A DNA stretch of 64,000 nt, taken from an uncultured Ruficoccus sp. GTDB lineage: Bacteria; Verrucomicrobiota; Verrucomicrobiia; Opitutales; Cerasicoccaceae. The notes below the pieces were generated by a model, which was not told the origin of the DNA, did not search any database, and worked only from the letters and a program-made list of their open reading frames with translations. The stretch is from assembly GCA_965140785.1 (NCBI GenBank), contig OZ223475.1:235814-299813 (forward strand). Direction: 5' to 3'. Position 1 is the stretch's first letter, and each line of letters opens with the position of its first letter. A program made the position numbers and the translations under genes. Of this stretch, positions 1-10,100 are shown piece by piece.

Positions 1-2
1 CC

Positions 3-596
3 AAGGTCCGCAAGGACCTGCGCCGCTGGCTGCGACACTTCCACGAAGAGATCAAGCTCACTACGGTGTTCGTCACCCACGACCAGGAGGAGGCGCTCGA
101 ACTCGCCGACGAGGTGGTGGTGATGAACCGCGCGCAGATCGCTCAGGTCGGCCCCCCGCAGGAGGTCTTTGATCATCCCGGTTCGCCCTTCGTGATCGAA
201 TTCATGGGCAACGTCAACCGGCTGGAGGCCGGGCTGCACCCCCGTGGTGAACGCGTACGCGATCAGCTATACGTGCGCCCTCATGATGTGGAGATCCTCC
301 CGGGCGGTTCGCCCGGCACGATTCCGGCCCGCGTGCTGCATATCTTTTCGGCAGGCAGCGCCGGGCGCGTCACACTGGAGCGTCTGAGTAACCGGGAGAT
401 GATTGAAGCGGAAATCTCCCGCGCCGACCTCGACGAGCTGAGGCCGAGTCCCGGGGAGGAAGTGGGAATTCGCTTCCGGCATATCCGGCTTTTTGCCAAC
501 ACGCCTGAAGGGCAACAGCAATTGGTCGAAGACGACACCTTAGCCGATGCCCTCAACCCGCAAACGAAAGGACTTTTGACACGCGCAAGTGACTGA
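3..596 (+). CDS. cysA: Sulfate/thiosulfate ABC transporter ATP-binding subunit, C-terminal part (5' end outside window)
   Basis: Frame from nt 3 reads KVRKDLRRWLRHFHEEIKLTTVFVTHDQEEALELAD, the CysA H-loop region, followed by a TOBE-like tail (YVRPHDVEI). Confidence 0.85.
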   Translation, partial: KVRKDLRRWLRHFHEEIKLTTVFVTHDQEEALELADEVVVMNRAQIAQVGPPQEVFDHPGSPFVIEFMGNVNRLEAGLHPRGERVRDQLYVRPHDVEILPGGSPGTIPARVLHIFSAGSAGRVTLERLSNREMIEAEISRADLDELRPSPGEEVGIRFRHIRLFANTPEGQQQLVEDDTLADALNPQTKGLLTRASD

Positions 597-908
597 GCGA
601 TGCGCGTCAATGCGACTGCGCGCAACGCCATGACCTTGACAGAGTCTTAACTCGGAAATGTATGGAGTTGCTGTTTTTGATGGTCAGCGACTTATGGGTG
701 TGAATCCGCGTCCGGGGACCTCCAGGGTTAAGATCCAGTCCTCCCAGGGTGGCAGCATGCCTGAAACTCAACCTGGAGTGTGCGATTTTTATGGTTTCTT
801 GTTCCTTGACAGCAACTTATAGTTTTTTTAAAAAGTTGTCTTGAAGCCGTAAGCTTTACTTCTGTTGAGCAAGTTGGCGGGGTGGGGGAAGCTGTGAATC
901 GCTGATCG

Positions 909-1500
909 ATGAACCGCCAGCAGCAGCAAGTCATCGACTATTTGGTCGAGGTACCGAACTGAGGCGTAGCCTCGGTGACAAAGCGTAGCGCCCAAATCGT
1001 GTTCTTCGGGAACAACTGAAGCTCCACGCCAAGGGCAAACGGATACGCTTCAACGCGAACCAACGCAGGCGTTTGGCCGAGAAAGGCCATTGCCTGGGGC
1101 GCAGGATACTGATGAAGATCGCAACGCTCGTGACGCCGGAGACGATCTATCGTTGGCATCGCCAATTCGTCGCGCTGGCGTATGGTCCGAAGGGCCGGGA
1201 TCATTCCGTAGTTCATGCTCGGCGGGCCGAGCGCAATGCGATCATCGTCAAGCTTGCGGTTGAGAATTCGGGGTGGGGATACACACGCATCCAAGGAGTG
1301 ATGCAGAATCTCGGTTATCCCAAACTGAGCACGTCGACCATCGGGGAGGTGCTGCGCGAGGCAGGTATTCGCCCGTCGCCGGAACGCAGCAGTCGTCTGG
1401 ACTGGAAGACGTTTATCCGTGTTCACGCCGATCAACTTGCAGCCACTGACTTCTTCATGGTGCCGGTGTGGACTTTGCGCGGCCTGGCTATGTATCGGTT
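909..1500 (+). mobile_element. Degraded integrase-core (rve) transposase of the type common in PVC/Actinobacteria; interrupted and 3'-truncated
   Basis: MNRQQQQVIDYLVE / NRVLREQL...QRRRLAEKG...LVTPETIYRWHR...LAVENSGWGYTRIQG...WKTFIRVH..LAATDFF. A ~40-nt insert with a stop lies at 951-994, and the ORF ends just after the first catalytic Asp. Confidence 0.8.
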
Positions 1501-1832
1501 ATGATGGCCATCACGATCAAGGTGACTGTATTTCCAACCCGAATACGCCCGCTGGCCCAGGTGTCGTTCAGCATCCACGGCTGGTCAGGGTAGCGGGCGG
1601 CGCGCTCGCGCTGGGCGGCTGCGTGAGGGATAGAGTAAATGCCCCCGCCGATGATTCCCAGACCGATCAGTGTGAACACCGTCGCGATAAGCGTCGGGAT
1701 CGCACTGGCCATGCCGCCGCCGGTATCTTCAAACATGAAGAACATCATCACGCCAACTCCCGTAAAAACACAGCCGAAGAGCATGAGGAAGAGAGCAGTG
1801 AATACGGAAGCTGTTTTGCTGGGGACACTCAT
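1488..1832 (-). pseudogene. N-terminal fragment of a membrane protein (two TM helices), cut where it meets the IS remnant
   Basis: Two hydrophobic helices, then YPDQPWML..W..GRI; a third hydrophobic stretch runs straight into the antisense of the transposase remnant at ~1500. Confidence 0.55.
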
Positions 1833-1863
1833 GAGCAGATAGGTTGATGCTGCTGTTACTAAC

Positions 1864-4800
1864 CTAGTACGTGAAATGGGACAGCGAATAAATGCCGGGA
1901 GTAAGCTCGTCGAGCGATCCGATGTCGTCGATTACATGCGTGGGATCGGACTCGATATAGACGATGATCTTACCCTTGTCTGGGTACAGCGTGACCTCTT
2001 CAGTCGGCTGGGCGACACCGCGGACGACATAGATAAAGTCATCCTTGTTCTTGATGAGCACATCCGGATTACCGACTCTGCTCGCGTTTTGATAGTTAAG
2101 GTAACTGCCTTCAGCCTTTAGGACGCAAGCTTCCGCCCCCTTTTGCACGTAGAGGAAGCGTTCGCCGTTATCGCAGGAAAACAGGCTGTATTCGTCTTTC
2201 GGTACGGGCTCGCCTTTCTGCCAGACGCGTGTTTCCGAGCCGCTATTCTCGACCAGAATAGGATCGATGATCATCTTCTCTTCCAGCAGAGACTCGCCAT
2301 CGGGAACGCCCTTGGCCTGCTTGAAGAGGTGGTAGGTGGTGGTGTCGTAAAAGGCAAACGCGTTACCGGAGTCTCCAACCACGAATGTCTTGGGCTCTAC
2401 GATCTGCTTTCCATTCTGGTAAAAGCGGTACTTCCCGGCCTCGCGTTTGAGCGTGACGGGGACGCCGTAGGCGTACGGCTGGATGACTTCCTGAGGGTTC
2501 TTCGGCGGGGGAGGGGCCTGGCCTGGTCGACCGCGGTTGTCGTAGGGAACCATCCGGTGGATCTTGCCGGGGCGCTTGAGGTCGTTCGCCTCCAGGATGC
2601 CCCAGGGCTGGCCGTCCTTGAGGACGAGGGCGTCGCCGTTGGGGTAGGCGCCTCCTGGCGTCAGTTTACCGTCAGGGGTGCCGCCATTGAAGAATAAGCT
2701 GAATTTCTTCTTGTCCGGCGATTGATACCAGACGGCAACATCGCGCCCCAAATCTTCAGCGTGGAAGAATTTATCCTCGCCCTGTTGGAAGCCCTGCACC
2801 TGAAAGGTATGCCCCCTTTTCCCGTCGAAAAGAATGAGTGTATTGCCACGCATGAACTGCTTAAGGCCGCCCAGTATCTGCCCGTGGTCGTAGAGGCGAA
2901 ATTGGCCGCTCTTGGTCAGGTAAAGCATGGCCGGAGAGGAAACCTTTACCTGCATCTTCCCTCTGGCGTCGGGGTTTTTGACCGTCTCCGGGAGGAGGGC
3001 GTTTTCGGCGATCATGTAGTTTTGGCCCACGGGTTCATAAAAAACGCCATGCGCGAAGGGGGAGTCATTGCCGGAGTTCACGTCGATCGGGCCCGCTTGT
3101 CGGTCATAGGCATAAACGTAGGGCCTGTAGGCGTCGTAGTGTTTCTCGTTGAGCCAGTGCCAGCGATCCATTCGCCACGTGTCGCTGTGGTAATAATGGC
3201 GTTTCTCGATTTCCTTGCCATCCTGATCAAGGCTAACGTACGGATTGCCGTAATCGTCATTCATGTACTGGTAGGTCTTTTCGGAGTGCGAGCTGCCCTG
3301 ATCTTCGATCTCGCTGACCAGGCGGCCGTTCCCGAAGACGCTACGGCGGGTAATCTCGTCGCCCAGCCCCTGCACCTTAGTCAAGACGTGGAGTTGGCCG
3401 TCAACTTTCTCGTAGCTGTGGCTGATGGTGATGTTTGTTTTGCCGCGCTGGCGCAGGAATTTGACGAGGCGACGGTCGTTATCGTACTCAAACGTACATA
3501 CCTCGATGAGCTGCCCGTTATTGATGAAGTACGAGTTCCGTACGGTCCCGTCGGGATTGTATTTGTAGATAGCATCGACGTCCCACACCGTGCCGACGGT
3601 CGGTTTTTGCAGCAGGAGTTTGCGGCCGTTGTCAAAAAGCCGGTAGATGCCTTTTTCACGCTGAGCGGTTTCCTCGTCGGTGAAGTAACGGTTCGTGGGA
3701 TCGAAGCGTGTTCCGTCTTCGTCAAAATACATATCCTGATCGTCGTAGCGGAGGTAGGCGATGTCACCGTCCCAGTTGAGGTCGTAGAGACTGCCAACGT
3801 AGGGGCGAGGATTGAGAGGGGCGTCCGTCAGGTTGACATAGGGGCGCACATAGGAGGACTTCTCCTCGGGCGTGAATGTGTAGAGCGCGGCCACATCCTG
3901 CTGACTATAGCTAGGAACGGTTTCGCGGGTGCCGACGCTCGCGGCTGCGGGTGGCTGGAGGTCCAGTTGGAAATCGTCCGGCAGAGGCTCCACGTTTTCC
4001 TTCTCTTTATCGAGATAGCGGGCAGGATAGATACCGGGAACAGGTTTGGACAGCGCGTTGGGCAGCACATAGTCAAAAAAGTCATAAGGATCACCGCTGT
4101 TGTTATAGAGAACGAGGTCGGTGCCGTTTGTCTTGCCCTTTTTCATCCCAATCGGGTTCTCGATGCGCTCGCCGAAGCGAAAAAGCTCCAGTTCGCCCTT
4201 GTTCCCGACGACGTAGAACAGGTGCCTGCCGTGCAGTCGTCTCGAGGTCTCGAGTAGACGCCCTGGAAGCACCTTCTGGCCCGACTCCCTATCGAAATAG
4301 AGTGAGTCACTACTGAAGAAGGTCTGGTCCACGGAGTAGGTCAGGATGCCGCCATTAGTGGTCATGACTGCTTTGTTCTTTGAGCCTTTGAAGACCGATC
4401 GTCCTGCATAATAAGGCTCGATGTTTGAGCCGTTTAAGAAGGCAATGGTGTCGGTGCCTTTCATGATCAGTTCCGTTACCGGGAGTCTTTCGCTAGGCTT
4501 GAGGTCGGAGCCAGTCGGTACGCGGTAGTAGCTTTTATCGAAATCATCGTAGACAAGGATCTCGCTTTTATCCGAACGAACGCCAAAGACGACATCCTCG
4601 GCAATCTGGCCGTTACGGAATACGGAGACGGGGGTAACGCTGTCCTTGCGGACCGCGCCGTAGGCGAGTTCGTTGCGCTGCTGCAGGTCCGGGTAGTACT
4701 GGTAGCGGGCGGAGAATTCATCGCGAACGCCGTTGTTCTGGGCATGGACCCACTTGACGGGGTTACCATACTCGTCGAACTGGTACTCGACCTTTAGTTC

Positions 4801-5400
4801 GATAGAGTCACCTTCGGTACGTGAAGCTGTCAGGTGGCCATCTTTGTAGGTCAGGAAACGGCGCTTGGCGGGAGATGTGCCACGCTGGATGGTCTCGGTG
4901 ACATTTACGCTGTCGCCGTCTACGGAGTAGGTATAGGTGGTGGTTTCCGTTTCGTCACCATCATGGCTGTTCACCCGAGTGAGGCGCCCGGCATCGTCAT
5001 AAGCGTAGGTCTTCTCACTTTTTTTCTCTCGGTATTTTGAGATTTCTTTGACGAGTCGTCCATCACTGTAGGTGTAGTCTGTGTCGCGGCCAGCAGGGTA
5101 GGACACACGGGTGACGTTTCCCTCGACATCCGTTTGCCAGGTGACGGAGCCTTTGCCGGTGGGAAGGCCGTCCTCGTAATACACGTAGCTGTTCTCCTTG
5201 ATGAGCAGGCCGTCCTCATCGAAGACCATCTTGTCCGCAGAGAAAACCGGGCCTTTCAGGTTAAAGTGCTCAGCCTTGTATTTGACTGGAATCGGGTTCA
5301 TGGGAGCATTGCTCCAGTCAACCTTTTGGGCGAAAACTGCACCTCCCGGAATAATCCAGACGAGAGTTGCCACGAGGGAGAGCGCATTTCTAATGGGCAT
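1864..5400 (-). CDS. Large secreted protein (1178 aa) with two YD/RHS-like repeat modules
   Basis: Signal peptide ending AVFA-Q; YD-type repeats (YTYSDGRLVKE, YAYDDAGRLTRV, YQFDEYGNP, FEYDNDRRLV, YMNDDYGNP); internal duplication. Confidence 0.75.
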   Translation of the reverse strand: MPIRNALSLVATLVWIIPGGAVFAQKVDWSNAPMNPIPVKYKAEHFNLKGPVFSADKMVFDEDGLLIKENSYVYYEDGLPTGKGSVTWQTDVEGNVTRVSYPAGRDTDYTYSDGRLVKEISKYREKKSEKTYAYDDAGRLTRVNSHDGDETETTTYTYSVDGDSVNVTETIQRGTSPAKRRFLTYKDGHLTASRTEGDSIELKVEYQFDEYGNPVKWVHAQNNGVRDEFSARYQYYPDLQQRNELAYGAVRKDSVTPVSVFRNGQIAEDVVFGVRSDKSEILVYDDFDKSYYRVPTGSDLKPSERLPVTELIMKGTDTIAFLNGSNIEPYYAGRSVFKGSKNKAVMTTNGGILTYSVDQTFFSSDSLYFDRESGQKVLPGRLLETSRRLHGRHLFYVVGNKGELELFRFGERIENPIGMKKGKTNGTDLVLYNNSGDPYDFFDYVLPNALSKPVPGIYPARYLDKEKENVEPLPDDFQLDLQPPAAASVGTRETVPSYSQQDVAALYTFTPEEKSSYVRPYVNLTDAPLNPRPYVGSLYDLNWDGDIAYLRYDDQDMYFDEDGTRFDPTNRYFTDEETAQREKGIYRLFDNGRKLLLQKPTVGTVWDVDAIYKYNPDGTVRNSYFINNGQLIEVCTFEYDNDRRLVKFLRQRGKTNITISHSYEKVDGQLHVLTKVQGLGDEITRRSVFGNGRLVSEIEDQGSSHSEKTYQYMNDDYGNPYVSLDQDGKEIEKRHYYHSDTWRMDRWHWLNEKHYDAYRPYVYAYDRQAGPIDVNSGNDSPFAHGVFYEPVGQNYMIAENALLPETVKNPDARGKMQVKVSSPAMLYLTKSGQFRLYDHGQILGGLKQFMRGNTLILFDGKRGHTFQVQGFQQGEDKFFHAEDLGRDVAVWYQSPDKKKFSLFFNGGTPDGKLTPGGAYPNGDALVLKDGQPWGILEANDLKRPGKIHRMVPYDNRGRPGQAPPPPKNPQEVIQPYAYGVPVTLKREAGKYRFYQNGKQIVEPKTFVVGDSGNAFAFYDTTTYHLFKQAKGVPDGESLLEEKMIIDPILVENSGSETRVWQKGEPVPKDEYSLFSCDNGERFLYVQKGAEACVLKAEGSYLNYQNASRVGNPDVLIKNKDDFIYVVRGVAQPTEEVTLYPDKGKIIVYIESDPTHVIDDIGSLDELTPGIYSLSHFTY

Positions 5401-5635
5401 GATAAGTTTTTTTAAAACAATGCCCGGATTGCTAAGTCAATATCCTAATCTAGGTGTCGCTTGACTTTTGAAAATCGCTCCGCGCAACAGTATCAATACT
5501 ACTCCGGAAGAGCATAAAGAGAATCATCGCTGGGGAAAAGACCACCTCGAGAATGAACTCGAGCGTGACCACCGGTTCGATGATGTCGCCCACGTGGCAG
5601 ACCTCCAGCGCCTTGTAAGGGCCGACGACGGCTAC

Positions 5636-6187
5636 CTTCGATGATGTTTACTGCGAGCACAATGTGAGCAAAGCGAGCTTCCATCGTTGGAGGTCCAAGT
5701 ATGGGCAGGTGGCGCTGCGCGATGTGAAGCGCCTGAAGGAGCTTGAACGCGAGAACTCCGAGCTGAAGAAGCTGATGGCCGACCAGTTGCTGAACATCAA
5801 AGTGCTGGAGCAGGTAAACACAAATACCGAGCCTCAGGCGACACTCTCAAACGCAGCACAGCAGAACAAATCCTCACGTGGAGAGCTCCACAAACGCTTG
5901 CAGGACGTACCGAGCCTGTGCCGACAGGCACGGTGATACTCGAGCGCAGCGAAGACATGCCTCAAGCAGGAGTGGTTCCTCTCCTTGAGCGAAGCGCGCG
6001 TCGTCATCGAAAATTGGCGACGCAAATACAACAGCCAGCATCCGCACAGTCGTTTGGGCTTTATATTCCCCCCCCCCGACACCTTTGCCAAACTCTGGCA
6101 ACAAACCAAGTACTCCCTCAACCCACAACACAACCACACGACAGAAAACCTCTCATAGCAACTGGGCCAAAAGATGGGACTCAGCCA
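5636..6187 (+). mobile_element. IS3-family remnant (orfA fragment, deleted core, orfB C-terminus, probable right end)
   Basis: orfA-like SKASFHRWRSKYG...KRLKELERENSELKKLMAD; orfB tail CLKQEWFLSLSEARVVIENWRRKYNSQHPHSRLG at ~5958-6060; ends in an IR-like sequence ...ggccaaaagatgggactcagCCA. Confidence 0.8.
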
Positions 6188-6189
6188 GC

Positions 6190-6274
6190 TTGGCCGAGAC
6201 AGGTCGTTGCCTTGGCCGCAAGGTGTTGATGGTCTCACGACGTTGGTGACGCCGGAGACGATCCACCGCTGGCA
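6190..6274 (+). mobile_element. Second short fragment of the same transposase family as 909-1500
   Basis: ttggccgagacaggtcgttgccttggccgcaag...gtgacgccggagacgatccaccgctggca aligns with 1073-1158 (ttggccgagaaaggccattgcctggggcgcagg...gtgacgccggagacgatctatcgttggca). Confidence 0.75.
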
Positions 6275-6376
6275 GGGAGCAGTCCGGCTTGATCCTATCG
6301 CTGATGTAGTGGAGGTTTACCGATTCTGGCTCGAACGCAAAGCTGCCCATACATGGCAGTTCGTGGTGACTGAGCG

Positions 6377-7159
6377 TCAGGGAGAGGATATCGGGATGAG
6401 CAGGCTGTTCCAGCGGGTCATGGCCTTGTTGGTGGGATAAAAGACGCACAGCGCCCGGCTCTGGTCCCGAATCGGCCAGTGGCGGCGGTACACGAGCTTG
6501 AATTTATCGTCCTCGTCAATGGCGGCCATGACCTGGAATTGCTTGGGTTTTTCACCCATGACATTAATCAGGTTGCCTTCCCGGGGCTTGAGGGTCAGGC
6601 GCTGGTTTTGGGTGGCTACCTGCAAGGGGCGGCTGCCTAGATTGAAACCGTAAACGCTGCCGCGGGGAAGATGGCTTAAATCGACAGGCAGCGGATAGAG
6701 GGCGGCGGGTTGATTGCCCAGCGAATCCTGCCCGAGCAGAAAGTACGTGCCCTGACCGGCGGGCAGGCGGCAGCCCAAGCGGGGTGCATACGTGTCCTCC
6801 TCCTCGGCGGTTGCTGCGGGAATGCGCTCGTAGAGGATGAATCCGCGGGGACCCCGGTAGTGGATGGTGGGGCTGATCTTGTTGCTGACGAGTTCGAGGG
6901 GGCGGTATCCCTCCGGCGTCCAGTAGTAATACTCCCGGGATCGACTGCGGTACTCGCGCGGCATTTCATCCCCGCTGGCCAGGTTGATGGGCGGTGTGTA
7001 GCGGTGCAGTAAGATACTGACTTCCGCAGTGACCTCCGGCGTGGTTTGGGCATGCAGAGGCGTGAGCAAGGCGAGCAGGCAGGCCATCGCACCGGCCAGC
7101 AGAAAGAGGCCTGGATGGGGGGCGAGGCGGGGAGGGCGCGGGTATGGGTTAAATCTCAT
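6377..7159 (-). CDS. Secreted hypothetical protein (260 aa), overlapping the stop of the PilX-like gene
   Basis: Signal peptide (LLALLTPLHA-Q); 11-nt overlap with the upstream gene implies one operon; no catalytic motif recognised. Confidence 0.7.
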   Translation of the reverse strand: MRFNPYPRPPRLAPHPGLFLLAGAMACLLALLTPLHAQTTPEVTAEVSILLHRYTPPINLASGDEMPREYRSRSREYYYWTPEGYRPLELVSNKISPTIHYRGPRGFILYERIPAATAEEEDTYAPRLGCRLPAGQGTYFLLGQDSLGNQPAALYPLPVDLSHLPRGSVYGFNLGSRPLQVATQNQRLTLKPREGNLINVMGEKPKQFQVMAAIDEDDKFKLVYRRHWPIRDQSRALCVFYPTNKAMTRWNSLLIPISSP

Positions 7160-10100
7160 GGTTGTCGAGCCAGCGGAAGGAGACGACGACGAAGCGTCGA
7201 TTGTTGGAGCCGGGAGTTAACTCGTCGGGCTGGCGCTGGACGACCAGTTCGCAGCGCGCGGTGGCTTCGGTGCTCCCGGTCAGCGGGTTGACGGACTCGC
7301 CGTAGGCACGGATGGTGAAGGTGTCTGAACGCGGGGAGAGCGCGGCCCCCAGGCGGGAAAGCAGGTTGCCCTGGGTAAGATAGCCGGGCTGGCCGTAGGA
7401 GAGCGAGCCCATGCCGGTATAGCGGTTGAACTGGTCGAACATGTTCAGCTCGTTGTAGCTGATGGAGTTGCTGTCGTCCTCGTAGCGGTCGTTGACGATG
7501 GAGGCCTCCAGTGCAGCCTGAAGCGCCCCGATAGCGCGCTCGCGATTGTCTGCACTGAGGACGAGGTTGGCGTTCTCACGGCTGGAGAGAAAGTCCGCGT
7601 CATCAATGACCCGGTTGACGAAGTGCGCCATCGAGGTGAAGGGGCCGCGCTTTTTGACCTGCTTAACGATTTCCTGCGCCAGGCTGTCGATCTCGGCCGC
7701 GTTGAGCGTGCGAAAGCCCGCGTAAGTCTGGGCGTCTTCCTCGTCGGCGGTGTCGGCATCACCGAGAAGGGGATCGAGGTTCTGGAGATAGGGCGCGCGG
7801 GTGTCGTAGGCGGTGGTATTGACGGTGGCGCCGACCGTACCGGCTAACAGCGCCCGCCAGGCGTCCACGGAGGTGGAGTTGACGTTGAAGGCGCCGTTGA
7901 CCATGAGCGCGGCGGCAGCGTCCTCGTAGGAGGTGATCTGTGCCGCGGTCGCTCCCGCTAGCGGTACCAGGCGCGGATTGAGCATCGCCCCGGTATTGGT
8001 GTCGTATTCGGCGAAAAAGTAGCGGTCCCACAGGTAGTCGTTGAGCAGGTAGGACCAGTCGTAGATGAGCGAACCAGGGTCACTGGAGAGGTACTTGGCG
8101 GTCTTGTAGGTATGGCGGCTACGCTCATCGAGCGGGACGCCGAGCGGGGCGAGGGAGTTGCCGATGGCGAAAGCCGGGTAGCTGCTGTTGAGGTTCCAGT
8201 CCGAGCCGCTCGAAGAGAAGGCAACCAGGTAATCCTCCACGGAGTTTGTCCGGGGCATGGGCGGGGCCAGCGAGGCGTGCATGAGCGAGCCGACGGACTG
8301 GAAGTACTCAGGGCCGCCGGGCAGGTCGAAGAGCGTGTCCTGCGTGATGAACGAGCTATTCGTATCGTCGGTGAAGCCGACCGTGGGTTGCGTATATGTC
8401 AGCGACGAGTAGAAGCGGCCCCAGTCTTCCGAGTCACTACCGCGCATGGTTGTCTGGGACGAGCCCATGCTGTCGGAACGGTTTCCAGACCAGCTCAGGT
8501 AAAGCGAGTTATAGCGCGTGTCGCCGTCCTGAGTTTGTTCGATGGGGGTGCGGTCGCTGCGCGCGGCTCGGGGATTATAGGAAGCGAGGGTGGAGACGAT
8601 GGGGGTCGGGGAGGGGCTCCCCGGATAGGTGACCGGGGACAGATTCTGCACCCAGCGAAAATGCTGCGTGAAACCGAGAATGGGGAAATAGTTGTCACCG
8701 CCGAGCGCAGCCAGCGGCAAAGCATCCCAGGGCGTGGTGGCGTCCGAGGCGAAGGAGGGGATCGCTGTGGGAGAAACGGCCCACTCAGGGGACAGCACGG
8801 AGCTGCCGGAGGTTTTGCCCAGATTGGACTGATTGAAGCCGGAGATGTCTTGGAGGGGGCCCTGGCTGATCATGTCCGCCAGGTTTCCATTGCCCACGTC
8901 GAGACCGAGCCCAACATGCAGATAGCTGATACCCGTGGTTCCACTGTCCGAGACGAGCCGCAGGACGAAGGGCAGGCCGGTTTTCGGGGGAACACCGGCG
9001 ATGGCAACAGGGTCAAACCGGTCGCTCAGTTCCGAGTAAAAATAGCCGCCAGAGACGAAGCCGGGGGCCGAGGCATCGACCAGCGGGCTTCCGTTGCCGC
9101 TGGCCCAGTTCTGAGGCTGAACGGAGCCCGGGAGAAAGAGTTTGGCCTCGCCGGGCCCGAAGGCGCTGCTGATGTTGAAGCGGAATGCGCCGCGATTTTG
9201 GGAGTCGTCGGCGCCCTCGAAGATCGTTCCCGGCGCCCAGGTGTGGGTGGTGCCGTCGGCATCGGTCCACTCGACCTGTGGCGTCCAGTTGTATTTGATC
9301 TTGTTGCTGTTCGTGGTGAGGAAGAGGTTGTAGTCGGTGCTCGGAAGGGCGACGTTGTAGGGGTTCCACAGCACGACCGCGGGAAAGAACATCAGGCGCG
9401 CGATGTACTGCTGGTTGGCGCCGGGGGCTTTCAGCAGCAGCAGGTGCATGTGCATCTGGATGACGGTAACGATCGGGCCGACGCCCATCTGCGTGTTGGT
9501 CTGTGGCTGTACAGAGACGGTGTCGCCCCGCAGTCGGTAAAAGCTGCGCAACTGCTCCCAGGGCGGACCGCCGGGGTCGCGGCGTTTGTTGGTTGAACCA
9601 CTGGCCCCGCGTGCGGCGTCGGAGTCGCGCGGGTCGTAGGGCTCGGCCTGGTCGCGGTGCCCGAAGACCAGGTTGCCGTGTTCGCTTTTGAGCGTGGCGA
9701 AGTCGTCGGTGTTGCTAAAAGCGGCGCTGAGGTTGCGCTTGAGGCCACCCTCGCGCACATCGGCCAGCACCCCGAGCGAGAGCGAGGTCAGGTCATGGAA
9801 GTGATTGGCAATCAACTCCTGCCCCTCACCGCTGTCGAGGCCTGCCTGCTGCAAGAGCAGGAGCAACTGGTTCAATCCGCCCGCGCGCTCGAGCAGTTGG
9901 GTGTAGGAGGCATCGGTATGGATCGAGCCGAGGTCCTGCAGGGGGGACAGATCGTAGAGTGAATCGTTCTCCTCGATCAATTCGGGAGCGGTACGGGTGG
10001 CGGCGAGGGCGGCGATGGCCGCGTCCCGGGATTCGTTGCTGCGGGCCCAGGGGTTGTCCATGGCCAGGCTGGCCTTGACGCCGTCGTCGGCCACCCACCA

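Noticed and set aside
2722..4257. Long + strand ORF (511 aa) and similar long ORFs (8112-9596, 17027-18127, 21775-23202, 61435-62796)
   Set aside because: Antisense shadows of well-supported genes in GC-rich DNA; no recognisable motifs.
1864..5400. RHS polymorphic toxin interpretation
   Set aside because: No RHS core terminus (PxxxxDPxG), no toxin-like tip or immunity gene, and it has a Sec signal peptide.
6068..6077. Poly-C tract (C10)
   Set aside because: Lies inside a dead IS3 fragment; no gene to phase-vary.
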